Of a stretch of DNA of 64,000 bases, positions 40,721 through 53,495 are shown piece after piece (position 1 is the stretch's first letter; the number at the start of each line of letters is the position of its first letter). The translations under genes and the position numbers were made by a program. Origin of the DNA: Macrostomum lignano (Eukaryota); contig NIVC01000137.1 in the NCBI GenBank assembly GCA_002269645.1, positions 248,001-312,000 on the forward strand, given 5' to 3'. The notes beneath the pieces were generated by a model. That model ran no database searches. It was not told the origin of the DNA and saw nothing but the letters and a program-made list of their open reading frames with translations.

Positions 40721-42024
40721 CGAGGGGCACTAGATAAGTTTTTAGCTGCAGTCAAACTGTTTATTCAAATTAGGCCATATTTTCTGAGCATATTGAATAA
40801 GAAGTTTTATCATGATCCCCAAAGTTTCATGCACCTAATTGTCACCATTCTCTCACTGTTGCATTTTATCTCAACAAGGTCTATGAATCTTTCAGCACTG
40901 TAATGGAGCTCAATTGTGAACACTTTTGTGCCATGATTTTCTATGATTTTAAGAGCAGCTTGACATTTCACCAGTGCCACAAGCGGCTGTCTGCTGCCTT
41001 TCCTAACCTTGCGCCATCCATCGCCACCGTCACCGCCTGGTTCTGGGAGTTCAAGTGTGGCCAAGACAGTTTGGAAGATGAAGGTCGAACCAGCCAACCT
41101 GTTTCAGTGACGACACCTGAAACTATCGACCGCATGCGTTGCATGATTGAGGCTGATTGGCAAGTGACGTATCAAACGATTGAGGCATGTCTTGGTATCT
41201 CATTGCTGACAGTTGCTTCTATCCTTTGTGATCACCTTGCTGTCTGCAAGCTGATCAGTCGCTGGGTGCCACATTTGCTCACCACTGAGCAGAAGCAGGC
41301 CCGCATGAGCTGGTGCCAGGAAATGCTGGACAGGTTTGGTGGAGGGACGTCGAAGTCTGTCACAGACATTGTCACATGTGACAAAATGTGGGTGTATTGC
41401 TATGAACCCAAGTGGAAATGCCAGTCGCGTGTGTGGGCTTTTGAAGATGAAGCCCTGCCAACCAAGGTTGTCAGGGGTTGGAGCACTGGCAAGCAAATGG
41501 TGGCAACTTTCTTCCAAAAGACTGGCCATATTGCGACTGTAGCACTCAAGAGCCAGCACACAGTGACTGCAGATTGGTACTGCACCATCTGCCTACCGTG
41601 TGTCATCAGCAGCCTTAAAGAGGCGTGGCCAAAGTGCGGCGTTTGAGGTCTCTGGCTGCACCAGGACAATGCCAATGCGCACATTGCGAATCGAACTCAA
41701 GAGTTTCTACAGACGGTGGGCTTCCAACAGCTTAGTCATCCACCATATTCACCTGACCTGGCACCATGTGACTTTTTTTGTTTCCATTCATCAAGAATTC
41801 CATGCGAGGGTGCCAATTTTCCTCCGCCAAAGAGGCTGTTGATGCCTATAGATTGGCCGTTGAGGGGTATCCCACTCAGAGTGGCGCCACTGCTTTGAAA
41901 CTTGGTTTGAGCAGATAAGGGGATGCATCCAAGCTGATGGAGAGTACTTCGAAAAGCTCTGAAAGTTTCATCTTTATAATTGTTACATATTGACTGCAGC
42001 TATAAACTTATCTAGTGCCCCTCA
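40721..42024 (+). mobile_element. Full-length mariner element (1304 bp) with inactivated transposase
   Basis: TA|CGAGGGGCACTAGATAAGTTTTTAGCTGCAGTCAA left TIR and matching right TIR ending 42024; ORF from 40903 with WVPHLLT, LHQDNA, HPPYSPDLAPCDF; premature TGA at 41644-41646 and a later frameshift. Confidence 0.93.
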
Positions 42025-42344
42025 AAAGTCTTAATATATATCTCAGCAACTATTCTAATAATGGTGGAAAGAAAAAAGGGGAAGCCTTACTGAGCCTTGT
42101 AGTCAACTGTATATTAGACTCATTTAGATTAGAATGAGAACAATAATCACACCATTTTTTACTTGAAGCTGGCATTTACTTTTCAAGACTCATTGAGTTG
42201 CTTTTGCTTTGCAACTAGAATTTTATTTTGGAATTGTCACTTTCCATTTTTACAAAATTACAAAATTAAACTTTATGTCTTAGTGATTTCTAGCATGAGC
42301 CTTAATATATTAACAATTCTCCTATGAGCCAAAGAATGCTAACT

Positions 42345-42485
42345 AGCTATTTCTATTGGCAACACACACATATAAGTCACTATTTGATAGAATAGTAGAC
42401 ACATGACTAATCTCAGCCAATAGCAACTTACATGTGTTGCCAATAGAAATAGATAGATGATTCAATCCTAAGGTTATGCATATCT
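42345..42485. mobile_element. Degenerate MITE family B copy
   Basis: ATTTCTATTGGCAACACACACATATAAGT...CTCAGCCAATAGCAACTTACATGTGTTGCCAATAGAAAT aligns with 3075-3180. Confidence 0.75.
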
Positions 42486-42699
42486 GCTGCAATTATTTCA
42501 ACCCCATTTATATGTTATATAAATACTGGATAGATTTTCCATTTGCAACTCAGTATAATAGAAAGTTTTTAGGCATAAACATTATTGAAATGTTATAATA
42601 AATCAAGTTATAATAAAAATGGAGAAAATTAGTTTTTAAAGAGATTTGAATCTTCTATACAAAGTCAAAAAGTCAGTTTTAATATATAAAATTGTCAAG

Positions 42700-43170
42700 A
42701 TTGAGACTTTATTATGTCTCATCTTTCTTCTCTGCTTTCTCATCTTTCCTCTACTTTTTTATTTCTTCTCTGCTCTTTACTCTCATTTTATCTCTATGCT
42801 TTTCTTTCTTCTCACTATACTGTCTCTTTACTTTTATCTCTCCCTTCTAATCTTTACCCCTCTTTTTCTCTTCCTTCTAACGCTTTTCTATCTCTCCTAT
42901 TTCTACCTTTATTTCTATTCTCTTGTCTCTTCTCTATCATATTTTATCTCTATTCTTTTGTCTCTTCTCTTATATATCTCTTGTTTTTTTCTCTTTGCTT
43001 TTTTCTCCTGTTTTATCTTTCATCTCTACTCTCTTATCTATTGTCCTTCCACTATCCTCTCCTTTATTTCCTTTCTTTTCTCCTCTCTACTAACTTTCAT
43101 CTTTTTTCTACTTTCTTCCTTTCATTTTCTTTTATGTTCTTTCATTTAATTTTTCATCCTTTCACTTATA
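42700..43170. repeat. CT-rich low-complexity tract
   Basis: Polypyrimidine; source of the Phe/Leu/Ser-rich spurious ORFs. Confidence 0.9.
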
Positions 43171-44162
43171 TTGCATACTATATTTCTTGGAAAACCATTT
43201 TTTCAAATCCATACTAAAAAATGTTGTGATTTACAAAAAAATTCTTGCAAACTAGAATTTGTTTTAAACTGTAAGAAATCTTGGTATAAATAGAAGCCTC
43301 GGGCAGGCCAAGAGAAGCAACTTGCTGCAAGCATCCAATTGGTAGAAAAGTTTAATAAGTCCTTACTAAATCTTTAAATAGCAGTTGTTCAAATTGACTT
43401 ATTCATTTTCTAGAGTATTAAGCCCCTTATTGGGAGAATTAAAGAACTGCTAAGGAGTGAGAATCGCCTCAGGGCAATAACCCTATAGAGTGTATAACTG
43501 CATCAGGGCAGAGAAAACTGCATAAGGCTGTGACCCTCTGATCCTGGGAACACCCAGGACTGAGAGATAGTAGAAATAGACAGTGCCATTAGACACTCAG
43601 GCTAAAGAGTATAGTGAAGGTACAACTGCTACCAATAGATAAATAGATGCTACCAAGATAAGAATAGGAATAGTCATAGTCATGCTACCCATAACTAAAG
43701 TACATGCAAGAATACATTAACTAAGAATATAGAAATTTGACAGCTTTTAGTAGCAGCTTTAGGAAACCAGAAAATAGGAGTTAGAATAGCCCAACAACTG
43801 CTGGTGATAGTAGTGGGGATATTATTATTAAAGAAAGTACCCTACAACAGCTGGTGGCAGTGGTGGGATATTTGTAAAGACAAGAGAAAGAGCCCTGTCA
43901 CACTTCTTTATAATGGCCTGCATTTTCTATCAGCTAGATTTTCTATCAAGGCTTTAAGGTAAAAAAATGTCTTAAGTCTATACATAATAATAGTAACAAG
44001 GGTTAAAAGTTAAAACCTAGTAAGCTGATTGTTTTGGCTTAGATCCTTTAGCAATGTTTAGTAAGCCCTATTGCCTGAGCCTTGGTCTAGGAGAGAAGGA
44101 GAAAGTGGCCTAAAACCTGAAAAAGCAGATTAACTTTATATGCGTATAGCTTCTACTATAAT

Positions 44163-47100
44163 CCTGTCAAACTTTTCACCCGGAATTTTTTTTGGAATTT
44201 TGTGATCCAGGCCCGATTTTTAATTCATTTCCGAGTGAACGCCCGGATCAGCTTTTTGGGCTCGGAACAGCCCCTTTTTCCAGAAAAAGATCCAGAAATA
44301 TGATCTGGTAAAATTTCAGAAAAAGGAAAGCTGTTCCGGTTGGATTTTCTAGAATTTTTCACCCGGAACACTATGGAATTCTGGGTGTACACCCGAATTT
44401 TAGTAGTGTTCTGGGTGAAAATGTTCCCGGTGAGATTTCAGGACTTTAGTCGGAATTCCCCAGTGATCTGGACCAAATGATCAATTCACCCAGATCAGCT
44501 CCCTTGACCTGAATTTCAGCCAAATTCTGGGCGAAGCTGATCTGGGAACATTTCGGAACTTGAGTCAGAATTCCCCAGTGATCTGGACCAAATTATCCAG
44601 AAAATTTGCCCAGAACAGCTACCTTGACCTGAATTTCATCCAAATTCTGGGCGAAGCTGATCTGGGAACATTTCGGAACTTGAGTCAGAATTCCCCAGTG
44701 ATCTGGACCAAATTATCCAGAAAATTTGCCCAGAACAGCTACCTTGACCTGAATTTCATCCAAATTCTGGGCGAAGCTGATCTGGGAACATTTCGGAACT
44801 TGAGTTGGAATTCCCTAGTGATCCGGAAAATTTGCCCAGATTAGCTCCCTTGACCCAAATTTCAGCCAAATTCCGGGCGAAGCTGATCCGGGAAAATTTT
44901 GGGACTTGAGTTGGAATCAATCCAGTATCCATTATACAAGTACCATGGGGATTTTAATAGGAAGCCTCCAATGGAAAACTGCTGAATACAGACCCCAGCA
45001 AATGGCTATCCCATCAGGCAATCCCTGGCATCCATTTGGTCAACGGCGCTAATTCTTCTTGGAAAGCGAGGGGTAATAAAGCTTTGAAATTGCAATGTGA
45101 ATTGATCTGCTTTTTGGTGGCTTTGTAGCGTCCGTAATGTGCGGCTGTGCCCATCCTCTATACAGGTGACAATTGAAAAATTGTTGCGCCCTGTTTGTGT
45201 GCGAGAGGTTTGACTTCCACTGGCATGTAGTCTATCACAGCTGCTTAGTGTGTCAATGGTCTGAATGATTCTATCATCATATTTGACGCTGAGAAGCATA
45301 AAATCAGCCAACCATATTGCTTGGCACAGCTGGGTGTCTAGACGGAGACTATGGCATGGTTCCAAATAGCTCTAACTGGCCCAGTATGCAAAGCAGCTTT
45401 CCTATTAAGATAGACACTAATCCGATTCTTGTCGGTACATGCTTCCAGTAGTTTGTCTAAGGCATTTGCAGTTGTACCAGCCGTGAGCAGATCATGTCTA
45501 GAGTAGTCTATATAGACTACTATGGTCAGTAACCATATTGTGTGGCTCAAGGCAGCTGATAAGCTGACCTGCGATGGATAATCAATCCTCGCTTCTGTTG
45601 TGGCTCAAGGCAGCTGCTAAGCTGACCTGCGAGGGGTAATAAAGCCTTGATTTGATGAGACAACTTATCTGCTTTATGGTGGCACTGTAGCATCCATAAT
45701 GTGAAGCTGAGCCCATCCTCCGTACAGGTGACAATTGAAAAATTGTTGCGCCCTGTTTGTGTGCGAGAGGTTTGACTTCCACTGGCATGTAGTCTATCAT
45801 AGCTACTTAGTATGTCAATAGGCTGCATGATTCTATTGTCATATTTGATGCTTAGAAGCATAAAATCAGCCAACCATATTGTTTGGCACAGCTGGGTGTC
45901 TAGACGGAGACTGTGGCATAGTTCCAAATAGCTCTAACTGGCCCAGTATGCAAAGCAGCTTTCCTATTAAGATAGACGCTAATCCGATTTTTGTCGGTGC
46001 ATGCTCTATTGGTTTGTCTAAGGCATTTGCAGTTGCACCAGCCGTGAGTAGATCACATTGTCACGGCTGCTAACAAGAGTACCGGATCCCTGTATTCCGC
46101 CACTCTCTAGAAGGGGCCTTTGGATAGAAAGGCCCAAGCGATTGAAGCAACTGCTTTGGCGCGTGTGCCGTCGCAGCAACCGCAGCCGTTATGATGCCCA
46201 TCATGCACTACAATGATAGATCAGATTTGGGCCCAAGGCAAAGCCGAGGACGAACTGTGTAAGTTTTTTATGCATATACTAGATGTTAGCAGCCTTGAAT
46301 ATATATAAGTGTTGTTGATTCTTAAGTTTGAATCTGCTTTGCCATTCTCCTCATTTTTATGTACTTAATAGGCCATCAATTGAGCGGAGTTCGTGAAAAG
46401 CTGTTGGAGGCTCAAGCCAAAAATCGTCAGCTGAAAGCTGAAGTTCTTCAATTGGAAGCTATCTCCACTATGAGCTCGTCAGAATCCGACACGACTGTGG
46501 CAAGAAGCCAGGCAGTGCTCTTTCAATCTCGGCCAGCCGCAGAGCGGCAAAAGAAGGCAGACCAGGTGAAGGCGTAATGAATCACCAGTGCTGCCGAAAA
46601 TGAGGGGCTGACTTCTGAAAACATATATTTCCAGATGGCGAGCTACTCGAGGAGTGAAATGCGGGTGATGTCCAAGATCGAGTGCATAACACCACCATCA
46701 CATTTATTTGCAATTAATTTCTAGCTTTTTGTTAAGGCCAAATTTGCTAGATTTGATTTCATTAGAAATGCTCTTCGAGACATTGGCTGTCTACATTTAT
46801 GAGCCCTGATAAGTCCTGGAAAATGAGACAAAAGTCGTTCCTTAATTTTTGCGGAGATCTTTACAATTCTTAAGCAAGTGAATAGACAAGTCAGCTGACT
46901 TGAGTTAACTAGCTAATTAGCTATATAGCGAGTGACCCATTTGACAGATGCAATCAGAGGTAGGCAATGGGGATCCCTGAAGAGTAGCTAATGTTGCAAT
47001 AAGGTACATAAAACTGTATATGGCTTCAAAAAAAGTTAATGGTAGCATCAAAGTCCAGCTGCCCATCCGAGTGACATTCAAAAGGTCAGCATTTTTGTTT

Positions 47101-47830
47101 CTAAAAGTACGTAGAAGTGCATAGAAATATACGATTTACAGTTGTGCACAACTAAATTCAGTATTTCTATTCGTGGACGGCTAAATCAAATTTGATTCAA
47201 TCCGTAGTCGTGGAAAATGTATGGAACAATGACCCGTTCTTTATTTAATTTTCTGCTACTGTGATAAACCCAAGATTTGGCTGCAAATCTGGTTCAATCA
47301 TCCAGAATTCACCTGGATTCATGTACTAATTCAGTTCACTTTCCCGGAATTTGCCCAGATTTGTGTGCTGATCCAGTTCACTTGCCCAAAATTAGCCCGG
47401 ATTTGTGTGCTGATCCAGTTCACTCGCCCAAAATTAGCCCGGATTTGTGCTGATCCAGTTCACTTGCCCAAAATTAGCCCAGATTTGTGTGCTGATCCAG
47501 TTCACTTGCCTGGAATTGTGTGCTGATCTAGTTCACTCGCCTGGAATTGTCTGCTGATCCAGTTTACTTGCCTGGAATTGTGTGCTAATCCAGTTCACTT
47601 GCCCAGAATTAGCCTAGATTCGGCTGCAGATCTGGTTCACTCGCCCGGAATTCACCTGGAACTGTCACTGGAATTTTTCTTTTTGATCCGGAAAATTTGC
47701 CTGGATTCTGTAAACTTTGGTTACAGATCCAAAATTTTCACCCAGATCAGATTGCATTACTGGAATATGAAAAAATTCCGGGTGAATGCAAAAAATTCCA
47801 GGCGAAATTCTGCGTGAAAAGTTCAACGGG
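44163..47830. mobile_element. CACTA/EnSpm-like non-autonomous element (3668 bp)
   Basis: TIR CCTGTCAAACTTTTCAC vs reverse complement of right end CCCGTTGAACTTTTCAC; 2-bp TSD AT; subterminal repeat arrays at both ends (exact 120-bp period at 44521/44641/44761; 47270-47760); internal ~560-bp duplication 45030-46060. CCC termini with 2-bp TSD fit animal EnSpm as recalled. Confidence 0.7.
46213..46577 (+). pseudogene. Spliced coiled-coil ORF remnant inside the CACTA-like element
   Basis: GT-AG intron 46259-46371 (GTAAGT donor, TTAATAG acceptor) joins in frame: MIDQIWAQGKAEDELC|HQLSGVREKLLEAQAKNRQLKAEVLQLE; upstream frame open to 46111 except one TGA at 46192. Confidence 0.5.
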
Positions 47831-49577
47831 ATGAAACTAGGCCCTATAGAGTTGAGACTTTATATTTAGACAGAGAAAAGTCAATTAAGAATTATTATGC
47901 CACAAATCTAGTTGCCAATGGCTTTTTTGGGTAGCCGGTGGCTACCATATGGCCTAAAAAAACCCAGTAACCAAAGTTAAATTAAATTAAATTAGGCCTA
48001 ACTTAAATTAAAAACTTTTAACTTAAGTTTTTTAATACCTAGGCCTATTTTTAAACAATACTAATACTAATAGATGAAACCATTATCATTTGATTTATCA
48101 TTATATATTAAAATGTATAAAAGGAAATGAATTAGCTATGGTCCTATGGATAAAAATAGGCTATATATGAGTATATGACCTAGGGTAAATTATAATACTA
48201 TAATAGTTTTAGTCTTTTAGACATAAATCTGAAACAATTTTAGTTCATAATAGAACTAAGTCTAATATATAATATAAGCTGGAATGATTTTATAGCAAAA
48301 AACTAAATTAAAATTTATAAAGGCAACTTTTAGCTAACCTAGCACATCTAGACCTAGCTAGCTGCAATCCATAGTCGGGAAGGTGGCACAGTGTGCGCCG
48401 GAACTATTTTGATGGCTTTTGAGCACTGTGCGCCGTGCGCCATGAAGAAAAGATTTTGTGCGCCGCAGCGCGCCATGATAAGGTAAGTCTAAGGTAAGGT
48501 AAGGTAAGGTAAGGTAAGGTATTTATTCTACCGTAAGGAATTTACGGTATGACCGGTTTTTCAGTTCCAGTTCCCAAATCGTACTTTAAAATCCCGCCGT
48601 AACGGAATATGTTACAACGCATATTAAAACAAATGTTTACTGCTTTAAGAATGAAGTTGACATTAATGTTTTAAAAAATAAATAAAATACAATATTATTC
48701 AAACGTTTTCTTATTTTATTTATATTTTTTGGTAGAAACAAGTACTATTATAGAGGCGAATATTCAAAAAACCACGGTTCGATCTCGGAGTCAACTCAAT
48801 CTATCATTATCGTTGTATGTGATAATGTGACGATAACAATATGAAGTAAGAACTCTTCTAAATATGATAAAAATAAAAAAATTAATGTGTAGAATGAATA
48901 AAAAAAGAAACTAGTAGACAATTATAAAAAATGTTTCGTTCTTTTTACACTTGATGAAGACAGTAGTTAACTACAATTACTTTGAACTCAAAAATATTGT
49001 GGTAAATTAATAAATTAACTAAGAGCAATTCAAATAATGGTTTCAATTGACGCTAAAAAATTGTAAAAGTTAAAGGTCCTTATAAAACATGGGTTTTGAA
49101 TATTACATGTGAAATAAAAATATTGAGATAAAAATATAAGATAGGATACATGTAATTTATAAGATTATGATGTTACTTCTCCAGAAGAATGCATGTAATT
49201 GTCGTAAAAATTCTATCAATAACTTAATACAGACAATACGTAATTTAATCCAATAGTGCACCTTGAATTGATTAATTGTAATTTCTCTACAGACCTTACA
49301 AATCTAATTGATCAAATATTAAACATGTAAATATTTTGCACAATTAGATGTAATTCTTAACTTGCATGTGATCAGGGGCGTGAGCGCGTCGCTATGGATT
49401 TTATGGTGGGGGACAAAGTCAAGAATTCTAAGTGACGAAATTCCTACATTATTTTTTATATCGGTGTTTCTAACACTCAATTTTATTGCCAAACAGACAC
49501 TGATTTTGTTCGCTTTTTCATAGCTTTCACTCAGACCAGGGGGGCATGCACAGTTGTCCCGATGTCAGCCCCTGTCC

Positions 49578-50820
49578 CGCGCTGTGCGCCATCAACAGTT
49601 GAGGACAGGAGTGTGAGGTCGTCGGCGTAGCCTAGAACCGCTCAGGCGCTTCTCGTTGTGGCGGCGACCGATGTGTCTGCGCAGCAGGAAGCCGTCGCCT
49701 GCTGAAGGGGGTCCGTTCCGAAGCTGCACAATCCATGCCAGGAGCAGCACGAAGAGGAACGGTGCTAGAATGTGTCGCTCTGTGTAGCACTCCTAAACGA
49801 AGTTTCAGACAGGTCAGACAAGCCGTCTGCCATCACCACAGCGTAATGCCGCGGCGCAGACGGGCAGACGACCAACCTCGTGCGCTGTCAGCGGTTCACC
49901 TCGACGGTCTGATGCCCAACGTTGAGGACGAAATTCGGCGACGCAGATCTAGATCGAGAAGACTTGCCTGGACGGCCTACCGGTCGATTCGCGCCAACCT
50001 TCAGTCCAAAGCGCTGCCCGATCGTCAGAGGGCTCGGCTGTTGAGACCGTGTTGCTCGACAACGCTGCAGAGACGTGGATGTTCAAGGGACGCTAGAATT
50101 CGCGCTACTGGATTTTGCGCTAATTGTCTTCTGCGCACCAGGATTTTGCACGAATCGGATGATTTTAGGCGACTTGAAATTGAATTCGACTGCATCATTT
50201 CTCGCGACTTACTTCAAGCGACTAGATTTCGCGCGACGTAGAATTTCGTGCGACTGGATTTCGCGCGACTGAATTTCGCGCAACCGGATTTCGATCGACT
50301 GGATTTAAATCCAGTCGTGTGAAATCCAGTCGCTAGAAAGAAGTCGCGCGCTTCAATTCCAGGTCGTGCGATTTCCAGTCGCGCAAATGCAGTCGCTCGA
50401 ATGCCAGATCGCGCGAAATCCAGTCGCGCGAATTCTAGCGTCCCGATGTTAACGGTCACGCTGGAGCAACAGCTAAACAATTTGATCACTCGGCCCGCGG
50501 GGCTGCTCCATGCGTTCAGGCTGACAAAAGCGTCCTGTTCAAGGATGTACCATCCTGCAGCGAGACGGCGACTCCAACTGACAGGCGCTACGTGATCCGG
50601 GCTATTGCCCTAGCCTGTCCAGGACATCATGCCGCTCACTTTGCTAGAACAGTTCAGGCGGGCTCAAGCGACCGAGGACACAGAGATACGTGGACTGCAT
50701 CCTGAGCAACGTTGGGGCGCCCGACACTGTCGATCAATGGGCCGGACAATTGATTATTCGCCTGCTGGCGCTTCGACATGTCATCTGACGCTCCCTCCAC
50801 TGACTACTGGGGCGACTGCG
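49578..50820 (+). pseudogene. RTE-clade relic with inverted 5' segment
   Basis: 49578-49842 matches 15790-16050 on the minus strand (YADD region); from 49847 it matches 16150 onward on the plus strand (CRGADGQTT, QSKALPDRQRARL). Confidence 0.8.
50087..50444. mobile_element. Merlin-like MITE inserted in the RTE relic
   Basis: 19-bp TIR GGGACGCTAGAATTCGCGC / GCGCGAATTCTAGCGTCCC; flanks GATGTTCAA and GATGTTAA; RTE sequence is continuous when removed. Confidence 0.8.
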
Positions 50821-50914
50821 TATTTTTTGTTGCTGTTGTTCTATAATTACCTACGAGTATAAGCTGGTAATTTTACAAATTCAAAGTTACAAATCCTTAG
50901 TTACGAAATCGTAC

Positions 50915-51425
50915 AGTTTCTGACGTTTCAACATCACGCTATGCAAGATTGGAGACCTGCACTGAAGCAACAGTAAGGTCTGTGAAGCTGATTTTTTACA
51001 TAAACACAGATTTCAGATGGTAAATTGCAAAAATAAAATTGGTTATCAGTTGTTGTTGGGTATTTCGTAGTTCTAGGGGTAGAATGATTTAGCCTGTATG
51101 CGAAATCCTGCATGCAGTTACTGACGTTTCAACATCACGCTATGCAAGATTGGAGACCTGCACTGAAGCAACAGTAAGGTCTGTGAAGCAGATTTTTTAC
51201 ATATACACAGATTTCAGATGGTAAATTGCAAAAATAAAATTGGTTATCAGTTGTTGTTGGGTATTTCGTAGTTCTAGGGGTAGAATGATTTAGCCTGTAT
51301 GCGAAATCCTGCAGTTACTGACGTTTCAACATCACGCTATGCAAGATTGAAGACCTGCACTGAAGCAACAGTAAGGTCTGTGAAGCTGATTTTTTATATA
51401 AACACAGATTTCAGATGGTAAATTT
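50915..51425. repeat. ~200-bp tandem repeat, about 2.5 copies
   Basis: TGACGTTTCAACATCACGCTATGCAAGATT recurs at about 50921, 51122 and 51318. Confidence 0.92.
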
Positions 51426-51956
51426 GAGTTTCGACTAAAAAATCGTTTTACATTCAAGTGTTTTCTGCTAAATCGATCTTTTTGTTATTTTTATCTTATC
51501 GGGAACTGGAACTGAAAAACCGGTCATATTTACGGTAGACAAATTTGAATTTCATTTACGTATTTTATAACGTGATTTACGTAATTTACGTAATTTACGT
51601 AATTTTATTTTATGAATTATGGAATTAGGCCTGACACTATATATTTTGCAAAGTATAACGAAGTGTAACTATATATTTTTTCAGCGCCATGCGCCATGTG
51701 CACCGCCAGAGCATTTCCAATTTTTCCTTGTACGCCGTGTGCGCCGTGTGTGCCAAAAAAAGGGCCAATTTGCGCCGGAAAATTCACCAAAAACTGCCAC
51801 CTTCCCAGCTATGGGCTGCAATAGGCATAATCATACTGCGCAACCTCCAAAATTTGGTCGGCCGTGCGACTTAGTTTTAACAAAAATGCGACATAGTTTT
51901 TGGCCAAAAATGCGACTTGCATGTAAAAAAACTGTAAAGCAAGATAACGCAGCATA

Positions 51957-52020
51957 GGGTAAACGGAAGGAGTAACTATGACTCTCTTATTAAACCTAAA
52001 TGCCTCATCAGCTACTTAGT
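51957..52020 (+). other. 28S rRNA-like fragment inside MITE A copy 3
   Basis: GGGTAAACGGAAGGAGTAACTATGACTCTCTTATTAAACCTAAATGCCTCATCAGCTACTTAGT; includes exact GGAGTAACTATGACTCTCTTA. Confidence 0.85.
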
Positions 52021-53495
52021 ACTACTACTTGGGTGTTTTTTAGGTGGGCATTTTTGCGACTTCCTTGGTTGGTCGCCAAATCGGTCGGCCAGATCGGCCG
52101 ACTGTTGCGCATGTGGGTCGTTCTCAAAATCAGGAATTACGCGATAAAACAAGAAAAAAAATTTTCGACCCTGAACCAGCCTTTCATGCAAAACAAGCAA
52201 CAGGGTAAACGTAGCTGTTGAAAGAAAAGTACTTTATTTATCATTCGAAACAGTGAAATTGGTACGGTTGTCAAAGCAACTGACTACTGAGTCATTTTAT
52301 CAATTTAATATTTCCATTTCTTCGATGTAACGCTAAGACGGTGTCATGTTTTGTGAAAAAATTCAATGGGAAAGAAACATCAGAAATAAACTATTTTGCA
52401 CAGGAAGGAAGAAAGAACATTAGAATTTGCTTCTTATTAAAGAATGACTGCTTAGTGATTTGTTCCTTGACTTAAACACAATCTTTCATCACTTAAACGC
52501 ATCACTGTTCTAGTTACTAGCAGTTGAATTGTACAAATATATTGCTAGTTTTTTAGGTGAAAGCAATGCATATGGCGTCTTTTGGCGTTTTTTTGTGCCT
52601 TATAATGTGATCTTTGTATTTTTGATGTTTTTATATGGATTAGTGCACCACAGTTGTTGCAATATTTTTTTATACAATTAATTGCTACTAAGACAGGCAC
52701 AAGCCAATAAACGTTGGGACCACAGTTTTGCAACACTGGAATAAGATAATGACCAAAAAAAGGAGTAAAGTGGAGAACTGGGTGTCTTACAGGAGCATTT
52801 TTTGCATTTTTAAATACATTGCCTCTGAGCCCCACAATTAAGTAAAACATCTGAAAAAACATGCACTTTTGCATATGTCAAACCATTGGGACTGCCATCA
52901 TGGGTCACTGAAAGAACTGATTGGGCTGAATTTTTTGGAGAATGTTTTACTAGGTGTTGTGTAGGAGCATTAATTTTTTAAAAGAAAATATTGCATATAA
53001 GCCACACAAAATATGTTAACAATTTAGAAACCAGGCAATACATAAAAACTGTAATTTATGAGTAAGGGATTCAGTAGCATTTTAAACTTGAAATTAAAAT
53101 TGATGTTTTAAATTAGATATTAGATCTCAATGACTGAAAGAATATGAATCAAGTGGCTTTATTTGTAGAAATTGGTCCATCAAAAAAAGTTTTGGCCATT
53201 TGGAAAATTTTACTTTGAAATGTACAGTTTCTTGCAAAAAATCCTGAATTTTGTGTCCCAATAAGCAAGTAGCTATTGGCATTATTTAAATGAAAGATAC
53301 AGTTTAGACTCTATGCAGATTTAGCACAAAATAGACTGCAAAATTTGGATATCATTTTTGAAGCTTTTCCACTAGGTCCTACTGGCAGTTGAGGCATCTA
53401 ATAGTGACATTGCTGGGTTTGTTGCCCCTAGTAACATCTAAGTGATTCCCAATCACATGATTGTCCAAATTAGACTGCAGCTGTAATTGCTTGAA

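Larger units (their letters stand above)
48531..51535. mobile_element. Tc1/mariner (pogo-like) non-autonomous element
   Basis: TA flanks on both sides; TIR CCGTAA..TATGACCGGTTTTTCAGTTCCAGTTCCC / GGGAACTGGAACTGAAAAACCGGTCATATTTACGG. Confidence 0.8.
48369..51814. mobile_element. hAT/P-type non-autonomous element with nested insertions
   Basis: 20-bp TIR CCATAGTCGGGAAGGTGGCA / TGCCACCTTCCCAGCTATGG (2 mismatches); 8-bp TSD GCTGCAAT at 48361-48368 and 51815-51822; subterminal TGCGCC motifs at both ends. Confidence 0.85.
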
